From: Octopus bimaculoides
Lineage: Eukaryota
Assembly (NCBI RefSeq): GCF_001194135.2
Contig: NC_068984.1
Location: 132,396,355-132,452,760, forward strand
Direction of reading: 5' to 3'
DNA: 56,406 nt
Below the pieces are notes generated by a model. It worked only from the letters and a program-made list of their open reading frames with translations. It ran no database searches and was not told where the DNA came from. Position 1 is the stretch's first letter; each line of letters starts with the position of its first letter. This document shows positions 1-11,121 of this stretch, piece after piece. The position numbers and the translations under genes are program-made.

Positions 1-143
1 CGTTAGGAAGGGCATCCAGCTGTAGAAACTCTGCCAAATTAGACTGGAGCCTGGTGTTGCCATCCGGTTTCACCAGTCCTCAGTCAAATCGTCCAACCCA
101 TGCTAGCATGGAAAGCGGACGTTAAACGATGATGATGATGATA
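1..143 (+). mobile_element. 3' end of SINE family A (GGAAGGGCATCCAGCTGTAGAAAC body, (GAT)n tail)
   Basis: The same ~140-nt segment ending GGACGTTAAACGATGATG recurs many times in the window (e.g. 2740-2889, 43190-43338, 51121-51240). Confidence 0.85.
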
Positions 144-162
144 TATATATAATTATATATAT

Positions 163-324
163 GACAGGCTTCTTTCAGTTTCCATCTACCAAATCCACCC
201 ACAAGGCTTTGGTTGGTCCAAGGCTATAGTAGAAAACACTTGCCCAAGGTGGCACACAGTGGGACTGAACCCAGAACCATGTGGTTGGTAAGCAAGCTAC
301 TTACCACACAGCCACTCTTGCACC
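163..324 (-). mobile_element. tRNA-derived SINE head (family A)
   Basis: Minus strand has A-box-like TGGCTGTGTGG and B-box-like GGTTCAGTCCC. Near-identical copies lie near 24500-24674, 41090-41250 and 46570-46720. Confidence 0.8.
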
Positions 325-699
325 TATATAAATGATGTGGGAGGATTTGTCTGACAGACATGGTGTGGTAAAGGATTTTTTACTATAAGATATGATTAAT
401 GATAGTCAGAACGAGAGATCTGACACAGACACCTAACTTCTTTAATACTATACTTTCTATATATTGGTTGGAGGTTCTCAAAGCAATTGGAAACTGTACC
501 CTAGATGTTACCCTCAGAAACACGTCCACTCTTCCTGTTTTCATTTTAACCCTTGATTTTTTAGCATTTAACTTTTATATATGTGTGTGTGTGTGTGTGA
601 AATCTTTATTAACAGCAAGACTAACAGCTCATTAAAATATTAAGTTAGGCCTTAACTATCTTTTAATTACCATTTTATATATATATATATATATATATT

Positions 700-896
700 T
701 GCTATGATAGATCGCTAGCCACTACACATTCTTTTTTTCTCTCCTTGTTTCTTTCTGTGTTCCTTTCTGTGGAAGAGTGTAGGCTCGAAACGTTAAAGAC
801 TTTTTCACTTCCTGAGCGTTATACTAATACATCTGTTTGTTGTCTACACCACCTGTCTTCGTCTTTTGTTTTGTTTTTTTTTGTGAATTCTCCCTA
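700..896 (+). mobile_element. Short repeat-like element between (AT)n and (TG)n tracts carrying a hammerhead-like motif; possible Penelope-like pLTR remnant
   Basis: Flanked by microsatellites. 763-798 folds as stem I CTTT/AAAG, core CTGTGGA, stem II GAGT/GCTC, GAA, palindromic ACGT. Penelope origin is inferred; only one copy is in the window. Confidence 0.45.
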
Positions 897-1095
897 TATG
901 TGTGTGTTTGTGTCCATTTTAAATACCCTTGTTTCTAACTCTATGTACAATAAACTTCCTAAATTATTTTTATATTAGTTTTTGTATTAATTCCATGCTA
1001 CATGTGTTGCCATAATCCATGATACATGTATTGCTATGGTCCATGGTCACATGCACTGCTATATTCTAAAATTCCTATATTTTCATTCCTTTCAG

Positions 1096-1285
1096 GGAAA
1101 AAGTAACTAGACATTTGTACTATCTACAGTTGAAAGAGAATGTTTTGAAATACCGGCACTTCTGCAGTAAGGAACGTTGTTTCCAGTTGGCAGCTTTTGC
1201 TCTACAGGCTGATTTTGGTAACTACTATCCAGAAAAACATAAATCTGGAGACTATTTTGATCCTCGAAAATATTTCCCTGCTTGG
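1096..1285 (+). CDS. ex: Expanded/FRMD6-like FERM protein, first visible exon (FERM lobe B)
   Basis: ttcag acceptor and TGG|gtaag donor. Encodes EKVTRHLYYLQLKENVL...FQLAAFALQADFGNY...YFDPRKYFPAW, matching the FRMD6/Expanded LAAFALQADLG...YFP.W pattern. Confidence 0.93.
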
Positions 1286-2024
1286 GTAAGACCCTGTTTT
1301 ATCAATCTGTTTTTTTTTTTTTATTCCTTTTGAAATAAAACCTAGCGCTGTTTCTGCACTGAAGAAATCAAACATTTTTATAAAGCACAAAGAATCAGGG
1401 TGATGGTGTTTAAAATTGTGTAAAAAAAAAAATATTTAACAAAGGAACAAACATTCAGTCATTCATGGAATATCTCAAAGCACACACTCAAGGCTATAAA
1501 GAATAGTCTGAGATTCAATGTTGCAGAAGAGAATTATTTCACATTCTCTNNNNNNNNNNNNNNNNNNNNNNNNNNNNNNNNNNNNNNNNNNNNNNNNNNN
1601 NNNNNNNNNNNNNNNNNNNNNNNNNNNNNNNNNNNNNNNNNNNNNNNNNNNNNNNNNNNNNNNNNNNNNNNNNNNNNNNNNNNNNNNNNNNNNNNNNNNN
1701 NNNNNNNNNNNNNNNNNNNNNNNNNNNNNNNNNNNNNNNNNNNNNNNNNNNNNNNNNNNNNNNNNNNNNNNNNNNNNNNTCAACTAGGAGATGGCAGGCT
1801 AGTGTTGAGAGAAATGGCTTTATGCCAGATGATGAAAGATTAAAGTGTGGTAGAGTGACAGGAACCAAGTGTCCTGCTGTAGGGGAGATGCATGGTTACC
1901 CCATTTGATAAAACCTTACGTAATTCTGACCATTTCATTATAATAAATTTATATTTTGCTTTTAATTATTGCTTCGGGGATGATGTCAAACTTTGCTTCA
2001 TTTTTTCTGTGCATTGTGTTGCAG

Positions 2025-2249
2025 ATGGTTGGGGAACATGGTAAAGAATACCTCATTGAAAATGCTCCCAAGATGCATAAAGAACAACATGATGTCACAA
2101 GGAATGAAGCAGAACTGAAATTTATTCGAGAGTCTATCAAATATCCTGCTGCTCATAACTTACATTTTTACCGTTTAAAGAAGAAGAAAACAGACAAAAT
2201 TTGGAATGCATGGCTGGGTATCTGTCCCAAGGGAGTAGAAATTTATGAG
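2025..2249 (+). CDS. ex: Expanded/FRMD6-like exon (FERM lobe B/C)
   Basis: gcag|ATG...GAG|gtaag, phase 0-0. MVGEHGKEYLIENAPKMHKEQ...HFYRLKKKK...WLGICPKGVEIYE. Confidence 0.93.
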
Positions 2250-2635
2250 GTAAGTTCATTGTTCTTTTCCTAACATTTTGTGTCTGTGTGTGTTGTTGGT
2301 TTTGGGCAAGTATTTTGTATTTCATGTCATGAGTTCAATCATGTTGTCTGATCATGTCTATTGTGTACCCGATGATTTGTATTCTTGTATTCTCTGCTGT
2401 CCAGTCTATCCAACCATTCAAAAAATTAGATGTCACTGTTCTTGTTCAGTTAATCATGCATGATAAAGAAGTTTACTTTGTAGCCACATAGTTTGGAGGT
2501 TGATTCCATGTAGAACATTCATGGCAAAGTGTCATTTTCTGTGGCTTTAGACTGTGTTGTGTGTGCCTACATGTGTCTCTCTATGTCTTCACATGGACAC
2601 TATTTTGACATCAGTATTATTTATATTCCCCGTGC

Positions 2636-2889
2636 AGGTGGCACGTAAAATACACCATTTTGAGCATGGCCGTTGCCAGTACCGCCTGACTGGCCTTCAT
2701 GTTGATGGCACGTAAAAGCATCCACTACACTCTCAGAGTGGTTGGCATTAGGAAGGGCATCCAGCCGTAGAAACTCTGCCAAATCAGATTGGAGCCTGGT
2801 GTAGCCATCTGGTTCACCAGTCCTCAGTCAAATCGTCCAACCCATGCTAGCATGGAAAGAGGATGTTAAACGATGATGATGATGATGAT
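2636..2889 (+). mobile_element. SINE family A body and tail
   Basis: GGCACGTAAAA...GGAAGGGCATCCAGC...(GAT)n, shared with many other copies. Confidence 0.85.
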
Positions 2890-3094
2890 AGGTCAAATAT
2901 TTCTTCTGATTAAGTAATGAGATTGGTGGTGTGCACACTTCACACATACCCCTACTTATGTATGTCTGTGTGTTCGTATGTAACTGTATTAATCTCTGTA
3001 TGGTGGTGATGGTGGTGGTGGTAGTAGTTGTGATTGATACTTAAAAGGAATGTCTTCTGTGAATTGTGTTTCACTTTTCTGCCTTTTATTTCAG

Positions 3095-3166
3095 GAAATG
3101 ACTGAAGATTTCAAGAGTCTTCTCTCAACATTTCTGTGGCCAGACATAGAAAAGTTATATTTCGAT
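3095..3166 (+). CDS. ex: Expanded/FRMD6-like exon (FERM lobe C)
   Basis: ttcag|GAA...GAT|gtaag, 72 nt, phase 0-0. EMTEDFKSLLSTFLWPDIEKLYFD (F.W..I.KL.F FERM-C motif). Confidence 0.9.
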
Positions 3167-4053
3167 GTAAGTATATTGTTTCATCACTTTTATGTACTGC
3201 TACACACAACAGTACAAATATTGTGTGGCCCCAGTTTAATAATCTTACCACCATTGTTAGTATGTTGCTATTTGTATTGTTACAAATTTTACAAGACCAT
3301 ACGGCCACAGTCAGAATGACTGACACAAGTAAAAGAATATGGAAGTATCAACACTTAGGAGCCTTCAAGTGCTTCAAATACTTGAACACTGGCATTCTTT
3401 CATGAAGATGTGAGGTCACTAATCTTTTATTCTGATAGTCCATTCTTCTAGTATTTCTTATTTCACCATGCTTAACATAATAGTAATAGTATCTTTTGAT
3501 ATTAGTAATAGTAATAATATCTTCTTTTGTACATCATGGAAAGATTGAACTCTGTACTATAAGTTAACAAAACACTAATCAATCATTTGCTCGTCTGAAT
3601 TAGTTAACTGCAAACCCTCTTCCCCTAGCTGCACTCAGCTTTCCTCTGCCGTTGCCCGTATTCCAGTGCAGTTTCCTAGTAGTCCTTCCTTGTTCTGCAG
3701 ATAATCAAGCGGAATATTAACTCCATCACTTTCACCAGTTTGGGATGAAGAGCCTGCAAATATTACAAGCATTGACTCTCTTTCTCTGATTATTTTACAT
3801 CATAAAAAAGCCAAGCAGTTATGCTGTGCTTCCCCACAGTGACTATTCACAACATGGTACTCAATCAGGAAAGGTATCTTATCAGGGACATAGTACAGTA
3901 CCAATAATGTTATGAAGTGAAGATTGACCGTTAAGCCAGTAGCTTAATGACTTAAATCTTTTTTATTAAACATAAATTATTCCCTTTCTTCATGTTCTAA
4001 ATTTCGATTTACATTTTTTTAACCTTTTGTTTTTGTTGATATTTTTTACATAG

Positions 4054-4225
4054 AAAAAGAAGTTTGAAATTCGTTCAGTTGGTAAACCAGAAGGACGTAA
4101 GTTTACTTACTATACAGACAGTGATGCCAAATCTAAATACATTCTGTCCATATGTCGTAATACTCATATGTTCCATTTGGAACTGGAGCCAAAATTGATG
4201 GAAATTCGACACTTACAGGCAGAAG
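4054..4225 (+). CDS. ex: Expanded/FRMD6-like exon (end of FERM lobe C); absent from the ORF track
   Basis: acatag|AAA...GAA G|gtaag. KKKFEIRSVGKPEGRKFTYYTDSDAKSKYILSICRNTHMFHLELEPKLMEIRHLQAE; frame continues from the previous exon. Confidence 0.92.
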
Positions 4226-5137
4226 GTAAGTGTCTCTTCAATCAGGGATTAATTTTGCTTCTGCTCTTATGCCTCTTTTTCTTTCTTTTTTTTGCATGTT
4301 TTTCTCTTCATTAATTTTGTATGTCTTAGCTTCTTCCAGGTTTCTAGGAGCTAAGTGATTGAGACTCACTAAGTTTCCCTGGATAGTATGTCAGCCTGAT
4401 GTAGGCTTTGCACATAGCTGTAGGGTTCAGCACTACAAGTTAGTAAAAACTTAGTACACCGATTGCTTCCAGTAGAGAAGTGTACCTACTAATGGCATGG
4501 CATATGAATATAGTGGCTTTACTGTAGATGCAGTGCAAAATGTTTCCTAAATTTCCTTTAGTGGAATATCTGAGATGTTGAAGGCAAACATTGGTGAGTT
4601 CACAATATCAGGTGACAAGTTAGTCGGTCAGGCTGGAGGTGACAAATCAGTCAGTCATTGAAGAAGATTGGGAGGATTGTAGGGAAATGACTAAGATATA
4701 AGTTGCACTTGAATTGACTAAATAGGGGCTAAAGAGATTGCACTGAAAGATATTCAGTTGGTTAATTCCCAATTTGACGATAGAAGAATCATAACTTTGC
4801 TGGAAAAGTCTTATCTCAGGTATCTTTCACCCTGCAAATAGTTGTTTTATGTGTCTAAATTGAAAGATGGCCTTAAATTTTTTTTTTTAAGTGAATTTAT
4901 TTATAACAAATTGATATTTTGATAAATTGAAACAGCATTTTACATTTCCAGAAAGTAAAAAATAAGAAAAATCGTTTTGCATGTAGTTTCATGGGATGTA
5001 AATTAAGCAAATTTAGGCCTTTAATTAAAAATAATAAAATGGATAACATTGCCCCTAATTTTTAGGCTTGAAAAATCTGGTGGGGAAATGTGCATATTGT
5101 ACATTATGATATATGAATATTTATTATTTATTTTCAG

Positions 5138-5344
5138 ATAAGCGAAGATATCGTGAATCATATATCTATAGTGATGCACGTGATATGGTAGCTAATGGTG
5201 GTTTGGTGTGGAACACACCATCAGGAACAGGAAGGGGTACTACTGGGGTTGTGCAACGTTGTTCAGTTGTCAGTGATGCTAGTTCTAATACCACATCAGG
5301 CATTGTTAGTGACAAGGTACCAGTAAGTTTTGATGAAAATGAAG
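5138..5344 (+). CDS. ex: Expanded/FRMD6-like exon with YRESYI motif and TSGIVS degron
   Basis: ttcag|AT...GAA G|gtaag, phase 1-1. DKRRYRESYIYSD (FRMD6: KKQYRESYISD) and SSNTTSGIVSD as in Drosophila Expanded. Confidence 0.92.
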
Positions 5345-5975
5345 GTAAGGAGGACATGTTTAATCATTTTGTTCTGTTCTGCTATTATTATGCGTGTGTG
5401 GCTGGATGGATACAACATGGTCAAATGGTCGAGAAGTTCACTATGCAATCACAAGGTCTTTTGTTCAATCCTACTTTGCAGCATGTGGACAAGGGTCTTT
5501 TATCATTGCTTCAAGTCAACCCAAGCCTTGTAAGTGAAACTGGGAAGATGGAAATTGTGAGGAAGCTTGTGAGATGCTAATCAAAGGTACAACCTGGTCA
5601 CACTTTGTGTCCCATTGATTGTACTTGAGGATATGTTAATGGTGTGTTTGTCTGTGGAATACTCACCCACTTACTATTAATTCAATGGGCAAGAAATTCA
5701 GTTGAGTAAATAAATAAATCCTCATCACTGAAATCAACAGATTTGTTTACTTGAATTTACAAACTTGTACAGTATAAGCTCTTTGATCTTCAGTGATGTT
5801 GTTATTGCAGTTGGAGTTGTGATTACTACTGTTGTTGATTTAGGTGTACTTTCCCAAGAGTGTGACTTGTGTTCTTGGTACCACAGCTTGGTTGAGCAAA
5901 GATCTAGTTGCTGTACTATTTATGTTTTGGAGACACTGTGAAACTGTTGTTAAATGTCTGTTTATGTGTTAACAG

Positions 5976-6098
5976 ATCATGGAAGAGAAATCATTATTGA
6001 TAGTCCACCCAGGTCAAATGTGTTGGGTACACCTAGTCAAGGACAGAACAAATTTTCCCTCCAGCCTAGAGAAGTTCATTCTGTACCCTCCTTATCAG
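5976..6098 (+). CDS. ex: Expanded/FRMD6-like exon
   Basis: aacag|AT CAT GGA...TCA G|gtttgt, 123 nt, phase 1-1 matches the upstream exon. DHGREIIIDSPPRSNVLGTPSQGQNKFSLQPREVHSVPSLS. Confidence 0.75.
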
Positions 6099-8202
6099 GT
6101 TTGTCTCTCTCATTTTTGCCATCTGTATACTGAAAGGTCATCTCCATTATCATCATTTAACATCTGTTTTCCACACTAGCATCAGTTGGATGGTTTGACA
6201 GATGCTGGCCACCTGGAGTGCTGCACCAGGCTCCAATTGCCTGTTTTGGCATGGTTTCTGTGGCTTGATGCCCTTCCTAATGCCAACCATTTTACAGAGT
6301 ATATTGGGTGCTTTGTACATGGCATCATTGGATTTTTGTATAGTGTTAAAGCTGGTCTTTCAACAATTATATTACCATTAACCATTTAAAATGGAAATCA
6401 GGCCGATGCTCATTTTCTATCAAATTATATTTGGTAAGCCAAGTAATAAGGTTTGCTTAGTTTTGCTGAGATAAAACTTTGAGGCTAACCTTTATCTGTT
6501 CTATTGTTGGTCATGCTGAGCAAAATAAGACAGATGTAACTAAGCATGAATTCTGTTCAGCAAGTATTGGCAAGAAACATGTCTTTTAACTTCAGAAATA
6601 GTTAAACTCAGGACCTTTGAGATATCTTAATATTGCAACATATAAGCATCCATATTACTTTAGTTTAAAAAACATGTTGTTGAAATACATCTAGAGATAA
6701 AGTTAATTAACTATATTTCATGTTTGTTGTGATTACATTCTTGGCACTCTAAACATTGAACTAAAAATGTTTCTTTTTTGTACACAAGCTTCATCCATTT
6801 TTGTTGTGTTCCCTTACTGCTACATATTGCTTTCCCTTCTAGATTGAGAGTAATTGCTTGCTTCACTTAATATGTTAATCCTACCTTGCTTCCAACCACT
6901 TTCCATTAGGAATTCTGTTTAAAACGGTTTTAAACAGTATGCCTGTTGTGTTATGTAAAATACAAGTTAGCTTAAATTATACTTTATTAGATTAAGGTGC
7001 ATGCTGACTTGAGATTTAGAACATAACCTCGTGATCTTCAGTTTTAAAGATATCAAAGTATCTTTGATGACAATTTGGCTGATAGATTTAGCTGCTCAAA
7101 CAACTGACATTGTAGAAGACTTATCACCAGTAGATTTGTATATTGATTAATACAAGGGTGGAGGATATCTGCAGAAGTGGAATTCGAAAAGATATGGGGG
7201 AAATGATGAGATTAAATCTTGTAGTAAGCTGGACCTTACAGTAAAGACAGTGAGAGGCAAAGGAAATTGGTGATTTGCTGTTCAGTAGATGTATCCAGCT
7301 TATGTTAGCTTCAGAAAACAAATGTGATCACATTTATGATGATAAGAGTGGTTACAGTGAGTAGTGAGCTACGTCAATGATACACCACTTTGAATGTAAG
7401 TCTTTCCAGCATTGTCGTCATTTCATTCTACAAACCAAGTGCAGTTTTAGGAAAATATTTCCTTGCTTGAAAGTAGGTGAGTGTTGGTGACAGGAAGGGC
7501 ATCAGGCTGCAGAAAATCTGCCTCAACAAGTTCTGCAAGCATGGAAAAGTAGAGGAGGATGATCCAGTGAAACGCTAAGGTCAAGTCTATTGACTCCACC
7601 AGTCTTCTCTTTTGTGTATGTATGCGTGTGTCACATATTTATCTTAATTAATCATCAGGTGGATTGCAGAATTAGTAAAGTATTCTAAACAATTTTGTTT
7701 TGTTACTCTAAAAGCCCAGTTCAAATCTCAGCAGGTTCAATTTTGCTTTTTGCATTTCATATTGCTGTATATATTTCACCATCATCATCATCATCATGAA
7801 TGTTAAAACAACAACGATGATGATGATGTTGATATATATACCAGGCATTATTGAGGATTGTTTCAATCGAATATATACTTCCCCTACAAATTTGTGGCCT
7901 TATGCAGCTGTAAGAAATAATGATTATTATTATTATGAGCATAACGAAGCTGGTGAACTGGCAGAATCATTAGTATGCTGGGCAAAATGCTTAGCAAGCA
8001 TTTCACCAATATCCATATTCTAAGTTCAAACTCTACTGAGGTCGACGAAACAAGTACCATTTATTCTCAGGGATCAATGTAATTGACTAGCCCTTTTTAC
8101 CATTTTCAGGCCTTGTGCCTATCATAAAAAGGATTACTGTGAGTGTAATGAAGTGACAGAAATGCCAGGCTGAATGTCTTGCATTATTTAGTTATATTCT
8201 AA

Positions 8203-8420
8203 GACAGCGAGCTGGCAGAATTGTTAGCACACCGGGTGAAACGATTAGCAGTATTTCACTCATTGCTATGTTCTGAGTTCAAATTCTGCCGAGGTCAACT
8301 TTGCCTTTCATCCTTTCAAAGTCTGTAAATTAAGAACCAGTCGAGTACTGGGGATGATGTGATCAACTGTCCCCCTCCCCACAAAATTCAGGTCATGTGC
8401 CTATAGTAGAAAGGATTATT
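8203..8420 (+). mobile_element. SINE family B (tRNA-like head, Deu/Nin-like core, (ATT)n tail)
   Basis: GAGCTGGCAGAA head, GTTCTGAGTTCAAATTC, and core GGTCAACTTTGCCTTTCATCCTTTC resembling the Deu/Nin-DC domain. Copies at 7944-8133, 21190-21340, 41690-42330, 45520-45650 (-) and 47120-47290. Confidence 0.7.
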
Positions 8421-8837
8421 TAATCACATTCTTTTGAATTCTTTCATTTCAGAGTTAATAAAATAAATGCTAGTCAATTATTGCAGACAATTCAAGTGAC
8501 TCTACTCTTCTTACAAAACCTGTGATAGTCTGCTAGCACATCTAAAAAACTATTAGCATTGGACAAAAGCCTTAGGATATTAGATGTGGCTTTTTATGTC
8601 CTGNNNNNNNNNNNNNNNNNNNNNNNNNNNNNNNNNNNNNNNNNNNNNNNNNNNNNNNNNNNNNNNNNNNNNNNNNNNNNNNNNNNNNNNNNNNNNNNNN
8701 NNNNNNNNNNNNNNNNNNNNNNNNNNNNNNNNNNNNNNNNNNNNNNNNNNNNNNNNNNNNNNNNNNNNNNNNNNNNNNNNNNNNNNNNNNNNNNNNNNNN
8801 NNNNNNNNNNNNNNNNNNNNNNNNNNNNNNNNNNNNA

Positions 8838-10184
8838 AGCCCTAAATTTGACAGCAGGCCAATAGAAGTGTATAAATCAACAGGTCGTGCTGGGAGTAGC
8901 CCCAACTCAAAGTCTGCCAGTCCGCATTCCCCCAGCAGTTATAGAGGCCACCTACGTCAACAACCACCCCAACCAACAGCACCGCCTCCACCTCCTCCAC
9001 CACCACAACAGCAACAGCAACCACCACCACCACCTCCTCCACCATCAGCACAGCAGCAGCAACAACAACAACAACCATCTCCTCAACCTGGCCAACTAAA
9101 TTCTGCCACACCTTCTCCTCAACAGGTTATATTTAATGGCAAGATTCCTCTAAAGTATGCAATAACTGGGCCTCCAACCCCAGTGATTTCACAACAATCA
9201 ACTCCAGGAGAAAAATCTAGCAAGCCAGTAAGTCGGGGCGACAGCTTCAAGCAACGTTGTCTTCTCCATGTAGAAAACAATTCTTCAGGAGAACCAACTA
9301 CTTTAGCAGTAGACAATCCTGATAGCACTGCTACCAACCTTTATTCATTACCACCTCCTCTTTCTGTTGCTCATCCAGTCAGCTTAGACTCACGGTTGCA
9401 TCCGAAAAACATGGTTCCACTCCCTTCTGTCAACTATAATTGCCCATCATCCAACCAGAATCTTCCTTCAACATCTGCTGCCATTGATCATATCGGTGGT
9501 GCATCTTGGGCAAAAATGGTTGCATTGGACTCTATTTCACCTTGTGGTGCTGGTGTAGCTTGGGGAGGTGGCGGTCTGCCACCAGGACCTCCTGATAAAT
9601 TAAGTCCTTCACAACTGAATAATGTTTGGACAAATAATGAATCTCCAGTTGCTGGTGCTTGGAATAAAAACTTGACTGCCATATGCACTGACCAAATGAC
9701 GTGTCCCATATCTGCTGGGTCTCAATGGAAATCTATACCAGCAGCCCCTTCTGATCCCTCCTGGACGGCTGATCCCATGTGTAATATAGTAAAATCTGAT
9801 CCAGTTGTGATCCCAATGGCAAGGGCAACATTTAGTGCCATTGATGGTGCTCCAAAACATGTTTTACCTGATGTATTATTACCAGAACTTCCACCCCAGC
9901 GAACTACAGATGCAAACCTACTGTCAGCAACATCAGCAACCACTCCAACTATTCCCCCTAAAGCTGCACCTACTGCTGATGTACTGGACCTTGCTAATCA
10001 TACACAGCAGTCAGAATCTGTTAATATGCATGTAGAGAATGTAACATCACCTTCATCAAATACAGAAGCTACAAATATGACCTCTAACCCTAGTGGTAAC
10101 ACTAACCAACTTTTGGGCAATGTGAGGGAGAAATCTACAAGAACTGTACCTGTTGATTCAACTGTCGAGGGTCACAGAAATCAG
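8838..10184 (+). CDS. ex: Expanded/FRMD6-like large Pro/Gln/Ser-rich exon; true 5' boundary hidden in or near N-gap 8604-8836
   Basis: 449 uninterrupted codons after the gap, ending CAG|gtgaga (phase 0), which matches the phase-0 acceptor at 11122. Confidence 0.85.
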
Positions 10185-10871
10185 GTGAGATTTTCTTGAT
10201 TACTTATTTTTGTACATAAATAATTTTTATTGATCTGGTATATGCAACTGGGCCAGTATTTAATTAAAACGGCCGATGATGTCTGTCATGCTAAATGTAT
10301 TCACTCAGTTGTTGGTTCTTTACTGCAGTATTTGTCCTCAGATAATATCTCTGATATTTATAGTGTTTTTAACATAGCAAGTCTAGAAGTGGTGTTATCT
10401 CGGGATAAATACTGCAATAACTGGCCTGTCGAGTGTGTTTACATGAAGTATGATACACAGAAGACTAAACAAACTTTGTTAGTTCAAATGTTTGTGACAT
10501 ATTTTAACTTCTAAAGGCAACTTTATTGCAGTTTACTATGGAGAAAGACTTCTCACTTATAGTAAAAAGTCTAAATACACCGTTATCAGCTCTATGGTGC
10601 CATCCCTGGACCCCTAGATGCATTTCTGGTTTGTCATGCTGTCCTCTGTAGAAGATACCAAAGAGAGATAACCCTGAGTTGACAGAAAGCCGTAGCTTTA
10701 TAAAAAAAAAAAATCAGTCAATGCTAGTGACTGATTTGTGCTTATAGACTGCCGAACAGATACATAGGCAGTAGTACGAAGCATTGATAGGAAATAAACA
10801 AACAAAATGCATCTAAGGGATCCAGAGAGGGCACCACTGAGCTGATGATGGTGTATTTACACCTTTTACAA

Positions 10872-10902
<31 letters not shown>

Positions 10903-11121
10903 TATGGTAATTTATGCATTATATTTTGGCCAAACATCAGATTGATCAATTGTCTGTTAATTAACTCTTACTGTTTTATATACTAAAACCAACTTGTAAA
11001 TCAGCTTACCTTTTTTGTTTGTTTTTTTTTTTTCATATTTATTGTAATCAATACCAGTTTTCTACTCATTAATTCTTCAAATTTGATATCATTTCCATTT
11101 TTGTGTTGTTTCTCCTTGCAG

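Noticed and set aside
4560-4820. Possible decayed LINE fragment on the minus strand
   Set aside because: No translatable motif strong enough to support a call.
7555-7600. GAGGATGATCCAGTGAAACG resembling a hammerhead remnant
   Set aside because: No CUGANGA-like core and no pairable stems.
8559-8603. ORF-track start MDKSLRILDVAFYVL for the 546-aa ORF
   Set aside because: TTG start, no suitable phase-1 acceptor, and frame across the N-gap is unknown; probably intronic.
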